Below are positions 1 through 9,502 of a DNA stretch of 64,000 bases, one piece after another. The stretch spans positions 384,001-448,000 of the forward strand of contig OZ219815.1 in assembly GCA_964291235.2 (NCBI GenBank), given 5' to 3'. The first letter of the stretch is position 1, and each line of letters starts with the position of its first letter. The stretch is from Vicinamibacteria bacterium. Its GTDB lineage: Bacteria > Acidobacteriota > Vicinamibacteria > Marinacidobacterales > Marinacidobacteraceae. Both the position numbers and the translations under genes were made by a program. Below the pieces are notes generated by a model. It was not told where the DNA came from. It saw nothing but the letters and a program-made list of their open reading frames with translations, and did not search any database.

Positions 1-1
1 G

Positions 2-1783
2 CGCCTTTCCGCCGGCCGTGTCCAGTCCGTTGCGCTGCGTCTTATCTGCGCCCGGGAACGCGAGATTCGAGCCTTCAACATCGAGGAGTACTGGACGATC
101 AACGCCCACCTCGCCACCGAGGACGGCGCGCCCTTCCGCGCCACCGCCGAGGTCCCGAAGAGCCTGCCACGGGAGCCGGCCGTCCGCGAGGAAGCCACGG
201 CCCGGCATATCCAGCGCTGGCTCGAAGAGTGCCGGTTCCGGGTCGGCGGGGTCGAGGCCAAGGATCGCCGCGAGAAGGCTCCGCCACCCTTCATCACCAG
301 CACCATGCAGCGCCAGGCTGCCTCTCTCTTCCGTTTTCCGGCAGCCCGGACGATGCGCGCCGCGCAGGGTCTCTACGAGGGGGTGGATCTCGGATCGGGC
401 GACCGCGTGGGGCTGATCACCTACCTGCGTACCGACTCGACCCGCATTTCGAATCAGGCGCTCGGCGAGGTCCGAAAGTTCATCGGCGAGCAGTTCGGAG
501 ACGATTTTCTGCCCGAGCGCCCCAACTACTTCAAGAAACTCAAGGGAGCGCAGGACGCCCACGAGGCCATCCGGCCAACATCCGTGGGAAGGACGCCCAA
601 CCAGATGGCGGCCTTTCTCAACGAGGACCAGCGAAAGCTGTACCGCATGATCTGGGAGCGTTTCATCGCCTCCCAGATGACCGCCGCCGTCTGGCGAGAC
701 ACCAAGGCGACGATCCTCGCGGAAGGAGCCGGCAGCGAAGGGCCACCCGAGATCCCCGGTTTCGGCAAGGCTCCCGAGCGACTGCTGGCGACCGGTTCGG
801 TGCTGGCCGAGCGCGGGTATCGGGTGCTCTATCACGAGGCCGCGGAAGACACGGGTTCGTCGGCGGAATCCGAGGGGAAGACCGTAATCCCGCCGCTCGC
901 CGCCGGGCAGCCGCTCGCGCTCCGGCAGATCCTCCCGGTCCAGCACTTCACGGCGCCGCCAAAGCGGTACAGCGAGGCGGGGTTGATCCGCAAGCTGGAG
1001 CAGAACGGGATCGGGAGGCCGAGCACGTACGTGCCCATCCTCCGCAAGATCAAGGACCGCGAGTACGTGCGGACCCGCCAGCGGGTCTTCGTCCCGACCG
1101 AGGTGGGCATGCTGGTGAGCGATCTGCTGGCCGGAAGCTTCGACAACCTGTTCAACGTCCGCTACACGGCGGACATGGAGGAAAACCTCGACCGGATCGA
1201 GCAGGGCGACGCGGGTTTCGAGGGCACCCTGGAGGCCTTTTACACGGACTTTGCCCGCGACCTCGACAAGGCGGTCACCGAGATGCCGCGGGTGAAAGGC
1301 CTTCCCACCGCGGAGCCCTGCGACCGATGCGGAAAGCCCCTCGTCCTGCGCTGGTCGGGTGGCGAGAAGTTCCTCGGTTGCGAGGGCTTTCCGGAATGCC
1401 GGGGAAGCCGTTCCCTCACCGAGTCGAACGAGCAGACAAGTGACGACGAGGCGCCGGTCTGCCCGGAGTGCGGTGCCCCGATGTCCGAGAAGCGGGGTCG
1501 CTTCGGGTCTTTCCTCGGGTGCACCCGGTACCCCGAGTGCAAGAAGATCATCCAGATCCGCAACGGCAGGCCGGTGGCGCGGGCTCCGGCGGTCCCCGTG
1601 GAGGGGCAGAACTGTCCGGAATGCGGGAAACAAATGGTTCGCCGGCAGAGCCGCCGCGGGCCTTTTGTCGGCTGCAGCGGTTTCCCGAAGTGTCGCTACA
1701 TCCAGCCGAGTCCTTCGAAGGGCAAAAAGAAGAAGGCCTCCAAGAAGACCGCCACGAAACGAGGCGCCCGTCCCCGGGCCTGA
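2..1783 (+). CDS. topA: DNA topoisomerase I (5'-partial)
   Basis: Frame is open from base 2 (LSAGRVQSVAL...EEYW) and continues into ORF 305..1783. Motifs GLITYLRTDS (catalytic Tyr), QDAHEAIRPT and GIGRPSTY; C-terminal Cys zinc ribbons and Lys-rich tail. Confidence 0.97.
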   Translation, partial: RLSAGRVQSVALRLICAREREIRAFNIEEYWTINAHLATEDGAPFRATAEVPKSLPREPAVREEATARHIQRWLEECRFRVGGVEAKDRREKAPPPFITSTMQRQAASLFRFPAARTMRAAQGLYEGVDLGSGDRVGLITYLRTDSTRISNQALGEVRKFIGEQFGDDFLPERPNYFKKLKGAQDAHEAIRPTSVGRTPNQMAAFLNEDQRKLYRMIWERFIASQMTAAVWRDTKATILAEGAGSEGPPEIPGFGKAPERLLATGSVLAERGYRVLYHEAAEDTGSSAESEGKTVIPPLAAGQPLALRQILPVQHFTAPPKRYSEAGLIRKLEQNGIGRPSTYVPILRKIKDREYVRTRQRVFVPTEVGMLVSDLLAGSFDNLFNVRYTADMEENLDRIEQGDAGFEGTLEAFYTDFARDLDKAVTEMPRVKGLPTAEPCDRCGKPLVLRWSGGEKFLGCEGFPECRGSRSLTESNEQTSDDEAPVCPECGAPMSEKRGRFGSFLGCTRYPECKKIIQIRNGRPVARAPAVPVEGQNCPECGKQMVRRQSRRGPFVGCSGFPKCRYIQPSPSKGKKKKASKKTATKRGARPRA

Positions 1784-1789
1784 CAGCCG

Positions 1790-2779
1790 GTGGACCAGAC
1801 CGCGCAGCCCGGTCCGTCACTGCCTCCACTACGCGCGCTGATCCGGGATTTCCTGGAGGATCTGGAGGAACGGCGGGGAGCGTCCCCGAACACGGTGCGC
1901 AGCTACGGCAGCGATCTGTCCCATTTCGCGGAGTTTCTGGAAGCCGAGGGATCTCCCGGCATGCGTCCGGGCCACGGCGGGAGCGCCGATACCGCGACCT
2001 TGCGCGCCTACCTGGGCTCCCTCCACGAACGTGGCCTCTCCAGCACGACCGTCGCGCGGAAGCTGGCCGCCCTGCGGTCGCTCTACCGGTATCTCACCCG
2101 CTCAGGAGCGGTTGAGGTGGATCCGGCGCGGGCGCTCAAGGCGCCGCGAACTTCCGGGAGACTTCCGACCCGGATGGAGATGGACGAGGTCGAGGCGCTG
2201 CTGCACGCCCCCGATCCGGCCACGGACCTTGGCTGTCGTGACCTTGCCATTCTCGAACTGCTCTACGGAACCGGACTCCGGGTCTCCGAGCTGGTCAGCC
2301 TCGACCTGGCCGATGTCAACGCCAGCAGCCGGATTCTGCGGGTCCTGGGAAAAGGCGGCAAGGAGCGGGTAGTCCCCTTCGGCGAGATCGCGGCGGATGC
2401 CCTGCGCTCCTGGCTGCGGGTGCGGGCCGGCATCCAGGGAACGGGGGGAGAACCGTCGGCCATCTTCCTGAATGCGCGCGGGGGACGCCTGTCGGATCGA
2501 TCCGTGCGCACCGTGGTCCGGCGGTATCTGGGCGAAGCCGGCCTGGTCCGGCTCGCCGGCGCGGTGTCGCCCCACACTCTGCGCCACGCCTTCGCCACCC
2601 ACCTGCTCGACCACGGGGCCGACCTCCGTTCCATCCAGGAGCTGCTCGGCCACGCGAGTCTCGCCACCACCCAGAAGTACACGCACGTCTCGACCACCAA
2701 GCTCTTCGAGGTGTACTCGAACACCCACCCGCGACGGTCCGCGCGCTCGGGAACCGGCGGCGAAAAGCCCGCGGACTAG
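1790..2779 (+). CDS. xerC: Tyrosine recombinase XerC
   Basis: GLRVSEL, KGGKER, HTLRH, LLGH and TQKY catalytic motifs; directly downstream of topA, a common xerC context. Confidence 0.85.
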   Translation: MDQTAQPGPSLPPLRALIRDFLEDLEERRGASPNTVRSYGSDLSHFAEFLEAEGSPGMRPGHGGSADTATLRAYLGSLHERGLSSTTVARKLAALRSLYRYLTRSGAVEVDPARALKAPRTSGRLPTRMEMDEVEALLHAPDPATDLGCRDLAILELLYGTGLRVSELVSLDLADVNASSRILRVLGKGGKERVVPFGEIAADALRSWLRVRAGIQGTGGEPSAIFLNARGGRLSDRSVRTVVRRYLGEAGLVRLAGAVSPHTLRHAFATHLLDHGADLRSIQELLGHASLATTQKYTHVSTTKLFEVYSNTHPRRSARSGTGGEKPAD

Positions 2780-2962
2780 CAGCCTGTGGTGAAACCCGCG
2801 TGAGCACCGAGACTGGTGAGGCGCTTGGCTGACAAGGCGCGTGAGGGAGGAATACCGGGTGTATTTCGACCGAAACGCAACGATGAGCGCCTCGTAGAGG
2901 CGCGGTTCAGCCGGGATGCATCGCCCGTCGAATGCCGCGTGGGTTTCGCCACAGGCTGCTAG
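2776..2962. mobile_element. MITE-like non-autonomous element with terminal inverted repeats and CTAG at both ends
   Basis: ctagcagcctgtggtgaaaccc (2776-2797) vs gggtttcgccacaggctgctag (2941-2962): 22-bp inverted repeat with 1 mismatch; no internal transposase. Confidence 0.7.
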
Positions 2963-4209
2963 TACCTGGGCACCCGGAGTGTCCCCGCCGGGGCATCAAA
3001 GATCCGGCGGTAGCGGCGGATGCCGGCGCCGGTTCCGGTGCTCTTGCCGGGGTTGTCGCTGAGCTTGACGAGGGGACGCCCGCTTGCCATCACCGGCTTC
3101 ACAACCAGGGAATAGTTGGGGAGTCCGCAGTCGTTCGTCAGGTTGGTGCCCCACCCGAAAGACACCGCCATCCGCTCGCCGAAGCGAGATTGCAGATCGA
3201 GGATGTCGGGGAGTTCCAATCCGTCGCTGAACACGACGGACTTGGACCGGGGATCCACCCCGAAACCCTCGTACCAGGCGATCGCCCGCTCCGCGAACGC
3301 GGCCGGGTCGCCGGAATCCTGCCGGACCCCTCGGTATCGCCGGGCGCGCTCTTCGCCGACGCTTGCGAAGAAGAACTCCGAACCCCAGGTGTCCGTGAGA
3401 AAGAGCGACAGGGGCTCTCCGTACATCGCCCACCACGCATCCAGCATTCCGCGTTGCGAGTCACGGATGGAAGCGTCGGATCCGTTCCCGAGCACCGCGC
3501 CAACCATGAAGATCTCATGGGCGATGGTTCCGACGGGAGCCAGGCCGTGCTGGAAGGCCGACGCCACGCACGACGTCCCGACGAACTGATCGGGCAGCGC
3601 CCGGGCGAGCCCCTCTTCCAGGGCGAACTGCCAGGCCCGCGAGAAACGGCGGCGGGTGCCGAAGGAGGCGAAACGGATCTCGGGATGCTCCCGGAGGGTG
3701 GCGACCTTTTCGTCAAGCCGTTTCCGCCCGATCTCGGCGGCGGCCTCCCCGGCGCCCGCCCCCCCCGCGGCGATCGCCGCCCGCGAGAGAAGTTCGCTCA
3801 GCGCGGACAGGATGAGCGTCTCCCACAGGATCAACTCCGGCCAGGAAGCCTCCACCTCCAGCCGCAACGCGCCCTCCCTGCCCTCGAGTTCGATCGGCGG
3901 CAGCCGGAGGCCCGTCAGAAATTCCAGGTAGTCGTCCCCGAAGAGTCCCGGCGGCCCGAGACCCCGGAGGTAGGCGATCTCGGCGGGAGTGAACGACAGG
4001 TCGCGAATGGAATCGAACACCTCGTGCAAGGCGTCGGCGGGAACCAGGTCCGCGAGGCGGACGTCCGGCGTCCGGCAAAGAAGGCGGTAGCGGACGCGGA
4101 CGTCGGGGTGCCGCCGGAAGACAAACTGCCCCATCGTGAACTTGTAGAAGTCCACGTCCAGGAGGGAGGCGACCGGAGGTTCGGCCGTCAGGCGGGAAAG
4201 CCGGGCCAC
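2959..4209 (-). CDS. pncB: Nicotinate phosphoribosyltransferase
   Basis: SLLDVDFYKFTMGQ, FGTRRRFS, GTIAHE, RQDSGDP, FSDGL, FGWGTNLTND and VKLSDNPGK motifs. Confidence 0.93.
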   Translation of the reverse strand: MARLSRLTAEPPVASLLDVDFYKFTMGQFVFRRHPDVRVRYRLLCRTPDVRLADLVPADALHEVFDSIRDLSFTPAEIAYLRGLGPPGLFGDDYLEFLTGLRLPPIELEGREGALRLEVEASWPELILWETLILSALSELLSRAAIAAGGAGAGEAAAEIGRKRLDEKVATLREHPEIRFASFGTRRRFSRAWQFALEEGLARALPDQFVGTSCVASAFQHGLAPVGTIAHEIFMVGAVLGNGSDASIRDSQRGMLDAWWAMYGEPLSLFLTDTWGSEFFFASVGEERARRYRGVRQDSGDPAAFAERAIAWYEGFGVDPRSKSVVFSDGLELPDILDLQSRFGERMAVSFGWGTNLTNDCGLPNYSLVVKPVMASGRPLVKLSDNPGKSTGTGAGIRRYRRIFDAPAGTLRVPRY

Positions 4210-5228
4210 TCCTCGGGCGGTTCGGTGCTCAGCACCCGAACCATTCCCGCACGCTCGAAATCAGCGTACGCCTCGTCGGCGGCGTCGGTGAAGTCGGCGC
4301 CCGGAACCACCACCGGCGAGGTGGCGTCCTCCAACAGGAAGACCCGGCGGGCGAGGCCGAGCGATCCATCGGGATCTCGTCGCTGGATTTCATCCCGGAG
4401 GTCGGAAACCGTCCACGCCACGCAGTGGCTCTTCGCCTGCCCGGCGACGATCAGGGCGTCATAGCCGAGCAGCCGGTCGAGCAGCGGCCGATTCGGTTCC
4501 GCGATGGGGTTTCCGTCGGCATCTTCGAGGACCTCCGGCCGCAGCACGGAGTAGTTCTCGGTCAGCGGATTCCTCCCCTTGGGCTCGAATACCGGCTGCG
4601 CCGAACGCGCGATGGAGTGGAAGAACACCGCTTCCTCGATCGCGGGGACGAGTGCGTGCCCGGCTCCGCCGAGCATCGCGTGATAGGGCCAGATAACCAG
4701 CACGTACTTGCCCTGCGCTTCGAGCCGGCGGCAGTAGTGGAGCGCGTGGCGGGCGAGTTCCGCCTCATCGAGGCCGGCCCCGGCGGCCGCCTCGGGATTC
4801 ACGCGGTAGCGGCCGGACTCCAGGTCCCCGGAGGTGATCTGGGTGTAGGCGGCCGGCGGATTGCCGTCTTCGTCCAGGAAGAAATGCGCGTGGAACACCT
4901 GGATGGCGGTGTGGGTGTCCAGGGTCAGGACGATTTCGCTGATCCGGCCCAGCTGCTGGTAGAGGAACTGGCAGAGGCGCCAGGAATCCTTCACCGCACC
5001 GAGTCCGGAACGGCCGGCGACAAAGAGTTCGCCGCCCGGAAGGCAGAAGGTGTTTTGGCAATCCACGAGCAGAACACCCACCCGCGGGGCGTCGCCGGCC
5101 GCAGGGCGCAACCGATGTTGCCGGGCCCATTCCCTCGCCTCGGCGGCGCGGGTTTCGTAGGGAACGCGATAGAGCTGTCCCACGCGCTCGGAGTCGAAAA
5201 AGTCGGGAATCGGAAGCCTTTCTGACAT
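4188..5228 (-). CDS. pncA: Isochorismatase-family cysteine hydrolase, probable nicotinamidase
   Basis: VDCQNTF, DTH, IWPYH and AGQAKSHCV motifs; overlaps pncB, giving an NAD-salvage pair. Confidence 0.7.
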   Translation of the reverse strand: MSERLPIPDFFDSERVGQLYRVPYETRAAEAREWARQHRLRPAAGDAPRVGVLLVDCQNTFCLPGGELFVAGRSGLGAVKDSWRLCQFLYQQLGRISEIVLTLDTHTAIQVFHAHFFLDEDGNPPAAYTQITSGDLESGRYRVNPEAAAGAGLDEAELARHALHYCRRLEAQGKYVLVIWPYHAMLGGAGHALVPAIEEAVFFHSIARSAQPVFEPKGRNPLTENYSVLRPEVLEDADGNPIAEPNRPLLDRLLGYDALIVAGQAKSHCVAWTVSDLRDEIQRRDPDGSLGLARRVFLLEDATSPVVVPGADFTDAADEAYADFERAGMVRVLSTEPPEEWPGFPA

Positions 5229-5276
5229 GGGCACGAACCGGAAAACGCACCTCCGGCAGGTACGGGATTAGGCTAA

Positions 5277-6566
<1,290 letters not shown>

Positions 6567-6600
6567 GCGCAGAGGGCACAGAAACACCAGCCTCCAGGCA

Positions 6601-6939
6601 AGGAGCGCCAGCCTCCGGCTGGCATCGCCCGCGCAGCGGGCGTAACTCCCAGGCTCAATCAGCCCCGACAGCACCCACCTAAACGGGGACGGCGCATCGT
6701 CACACCTCCGCATAGGAGCGCCAGCCTCCGGCTGGCATCGCCCGCGCAGCGGGCGTAACTCCCAGGCTCAATCAGCCCCGACAGCACCCACCTAAACGGA
6801 AACGGCGCATCGTCACACCTCCGCATAGGAGCGCCAGCCTCCGGCTGGCATCGCCCGCGCAGCGGGCGTAACTCCCAGGCTCAATCAGCCTCGACAGCAC
6901 CCACCTAAACGGGGACGGCGCATCGTCACACCTCCGCAT
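6601..6939 (+). repeat. Three near-identical 113-bp tandem repeats, each starting with a REP-like palindrome
   Basis: Units start at 6601, 6714 and 6827 (aggagcgccagcctccggctggcat...cacacctccgcat). Confidence 0.95.
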
Positions 6940-7009
6940 AGGCGGCGCTGCGCCATCCCCTGCACATTGGCAGTCTTCGCCGTCACGGATGGGGTCCGGG
7001 CCGTGGGGA

Positions 7010-7072
7010 ACGAACAGGTTGGGGAGTTTCGCTTCGCTGCGCGAAGCGATGCCGGCCAGAGGCCGGCGCTCC
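7010..7072 (-). repeat. REP-like element (type 1), inverted relative to the 113-bp units
   Basis: atgccggccagaggccggcgctcc at 7049-7072; reverse complement matches 32184-32245 over about 60 bp. Confidence 0.8.
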
Positions 7073-7091
7073 TGGCGCTCCTGGCGGCGCT

Positions 7092-8255
7092 TCAGACGCG
7101 GCGCATGGCGGCGAAGAAGTTGATGTTGGAGTTCACGATGTACTCCCGCGCCGCCGCATTCGGCTCGAGCGACGACTCGCCCTTCTCGCCGGTGCCGCCA
7201 AGGATGATGCCGGAACTACGCGGCTGCATGCTGAAACCGCCGACCCCCGGGGGCGCCCCGGGGGCGTTCCCGGACACCGCGTAGTTCACCTCCGTCTGGG
7301 GGACGAGCACTGTGAGCTGTCCCTTGAGCGGCATCAGTTCGGGATCGGGGAACAGATCGCCGGAGCCAAGTCCGGTGCAGTTGATCACCAGCGACTCGTC
7401 AAGCGCCAGAAACTCCCGCGCGTCGGTGAACTTGCGGATCACGATCTTCCCGCCGACCTCAAGAAAGTCGCGAACGAGCGCGTCCAGATAGGTTGCCGGC
7501 TCGATGCGCATGTAGTTGCGCCGGGTTGCGTATCGGGTGGGAAAGGGATGTTCCCCGGGCCCCAGCCGGAAGCGGCCGCTGATCAGATGCTCCGGCAGAA
7601 GTGGCTCGCGCCGCAGTCGCCTCGGGCTCGCCGAGGGATCCCGCGGCTCGATGTCGGTGGCCGTGTAGCGTTCGAGCCAGTCAACCCCGTACCCCCTTCC
7701 GACCAGCCACTGGAACTCCCGGAACGAGGTCTCGACCGCATCACGGAACTGGGCGTCGAACGCGGGGGTCCGCAGGTTGTCCTCGAGCAGCCAGGCGGCC
7801 GGCGTGAACCCCGCCCACGCCATGTTCGAGGTCGTGTTGGGCGGTACCGACAGGGCATAGATCGTGACGTCGAAGCCGCGCCGCTGGAGCTGGCGGCTGG
7901 TGGCCAGCCCGACGGCTCCGCAGCCGATCACCGCGGCCTGCCGGCTCTCGTGCTCGAGCGCCATCTCGGCCACCTGGCGTCCCGTGCCCCACGAGAGCGA
8001 GATGCCGGACCCGCCGTGGCCGTAGTTGTGGAGCACCGTGGTGCGGTCCAACCGGTCCGCCCGCACCACGAAACCCGACGGGCGATACGGCCGAAGCCCG
8101 ACCGTGGTGCGGATGATCCGATTCCACGCGACGTTGACGATCGGCAAGCGGAACGCCGGTTGCGGCCGGATGTCGGAACGCGCCGCACAGGCGCCGAGGC
8201 CGGCGCCCAGCAAACCTCCGCCACCGAGTCGTAGCAGGGTCCGTCGATCCATCAT
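7092..8255 (-). CDS. FAD-dependent D-amino-acid-oxidase-like Tat lipoprotein (circularly permuted)
   Basis: Likely start MMDRRTLL (twin-Arg) with lipobox LGAC; GLRPYR and HNYGHGGSG, then VIGCGAVG, NCTGLG and PLKGQ. Confidence 0.8.
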   Translation of the reverse strand: MMDRRTLLRLGGGGLLGAGLGACAARSDIRPQPAFRLPIVNVAWNRIIRTTVGLRPYRPSGFVVRADRLDRTTVLHNYGHGGSGISLSWGTGRQVAEMALEHESRQAAVIGCGAVGLATSRQLQRRGFDVTIYALSVPPNTTSNMAWAGFTPAAWLLEDNLRTPAFDAQFRDAVETSFREFQWLVGRGYGVDWLERYTATDIEPRDPSASPRRLRREPLLPEHLISGRFRLGPGEHPFPTRYATRRNYMRIEPATYLDALVRDFLEVGGKIVIRKFTDAREFLALDESLVINCTGLGSGDLFPDPELMPLKGQLTVLVPQTEVNYAVSGNAPGAPPGVGGFSMQPRSSGIILGGTGEKGESSLEPNAAAREYIVNSNINFFAAMRRV

Positions 8256-8480
8256 CAATGCTGCCGACAACAGCCGCGCAACAGTAGCAGGCCGGCGCCG
8301 CTCCCAGAGATTCGCAAAACCGGCGCGGGCGGGACGCCGGAGAGTCAGGTCAGCGGCCCGGCAGACCCCACGAACCCGTCTCGATTCGAAGCGAGCGGCT
8401 GAAGCCGAACGTCGTTTCAGCGGTCGGAATCCATCAGGTCCGGGCCGAATTCGCCCGCTGGAGTTGGTACTCTGGGGTAA

Positions 8481-8507
8481 GTGACATATGTAACGAACAT
8501 GTGTCAC
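8481..8507. promoter_or_regulatory. AT-rich palindrome, putative transcription-factor operator between divergent genes
   Basis: gtgacatatg-taacgaa-catgtgtcac: 10-bp arms, 1 mismatch. Confidence 0.45.
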
Positions 8508-8570
8508 CACGGATCTTCGTAGCGAGCCCCGCTACCGAAACGGGGTGCTCGTCGAGAGAAGAGCACCACC

Positions 8571-9386
8571 ATGAACCAGCTCGCCGCCGCCCTGATTGGC
8601 CTGTGTGCCCTCCTTGGTTGCGGGGGCGATGGCGCACCGGCGGCTCCGCTGCCCGTGGCGCCAGCCGCCCCTGCCGCGCCTACCCCGCCACCACCGGCGC
8701 CGCCCCCTCCGGAATCCACCGAGACTTGGCGGGGGCTGACGGTCGCGCCGGAGGAACGCTGTGCGCCGTATGACTCCGACGACTACCGCTACCCGCAATC
8801 CGTCGAGAACAGCGTCGTGCGCGAACTGGGAGGCATCTTCAGTCCCTACACCTGCGAGAGCTTCGACTCGACGCGCGAAACCGACATCGAGCACATCGTG
8901 GCCCGATCCGAAGCCCACGATTCGGGCCTTTGCGGGGCCGACTCCGAGACGCGGACCCGCTTCGCGCGGGATCTGCTCAACCTCACGCTGGCGTCACCGA
9001 CCTTGAACCGCTCACAAAAGAGTGACCGTGACGCGGCGGAATGGCTGCCGGATCAGAACCGCTGCTGGTTCGCCCAAAGGATCGTGGAGGTTCGTCTGCG
9101 ATACCGCTTGACCATCGATCAGGCCGAAGCCGATGCGCTCGACGGGATTCTCGCCGAATGCCGGTCCACTGAAGTTTCCTGCGACGTCCTTGAGCCGCCT
9201 GCAGTGACCGCACCCCCGCCAATCCAGGCCTTTCCCAATTGCAACGCCATGCGCCAGGCGGGTTGGACCCGAGGGGTACACCGCCTCGGTGGGACCTACC
9301 AGGATGCGTGGGACGAGGCGGAACGACAGACCTACGCGCTGAACACGGCCCGGGACGGCGACGGGGACGGCCACGCCTGCGAATGA
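8571..9386 (+). CDS. Lipoprotein with HNH/DUF1524-type nuclease domain and C-terminal Excalibur-like Ca-binding motif
   Basis: Lipobox LLGC, Pro-rich linker, DIEHIV...NLTL...NRSQKSDRD..EWLP, and terminal RDGDGDGHACE. Confidence 0.75.
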   Translation: MNQLAAALIGLCALLGCGGDGAPAAPLPVAPAAPAAPTPPPPAPPPPESTETWRGLTVAPEERCAPYDSDDYRYPQSVENSVVRELGGIFSPYTCESFDSTRETDIEHIVARSEAHDSGLCGADSETRTRFARDLLNLTLASPTLNRSQKSDRDAAEWLPDQNRCWFAQRIVEVRLRYRLTIDQAEADALDGILAECRSTEVSCDVLEPPAVTAPPPIQAFPNCNAMRQAGWTRGVHRLGGTYQDAWDEAERQTYALNTARDGDGDGHACE

Positions 9387-9502
9387 CCCCGCTCGGCATC
9401 GCCACGCTGCTTTCCCCGCGTTTCCCCTGCTTCCGCGGCCCGGTCTCCCAGCGCCTCTACACTGGCTGCGAAGCGCCGACAATCGCACCTCAGGATACCC
9501 GC

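Noticed and set aside
1790-2779. Island integrase
   Set aside because: Housekeeping XerC-like sequence in the topA context, far from the tRNA islands.
6601-6939. CRISPR-like repeat
   Set aside because: Whole units are near-identical, with no variable spacers.
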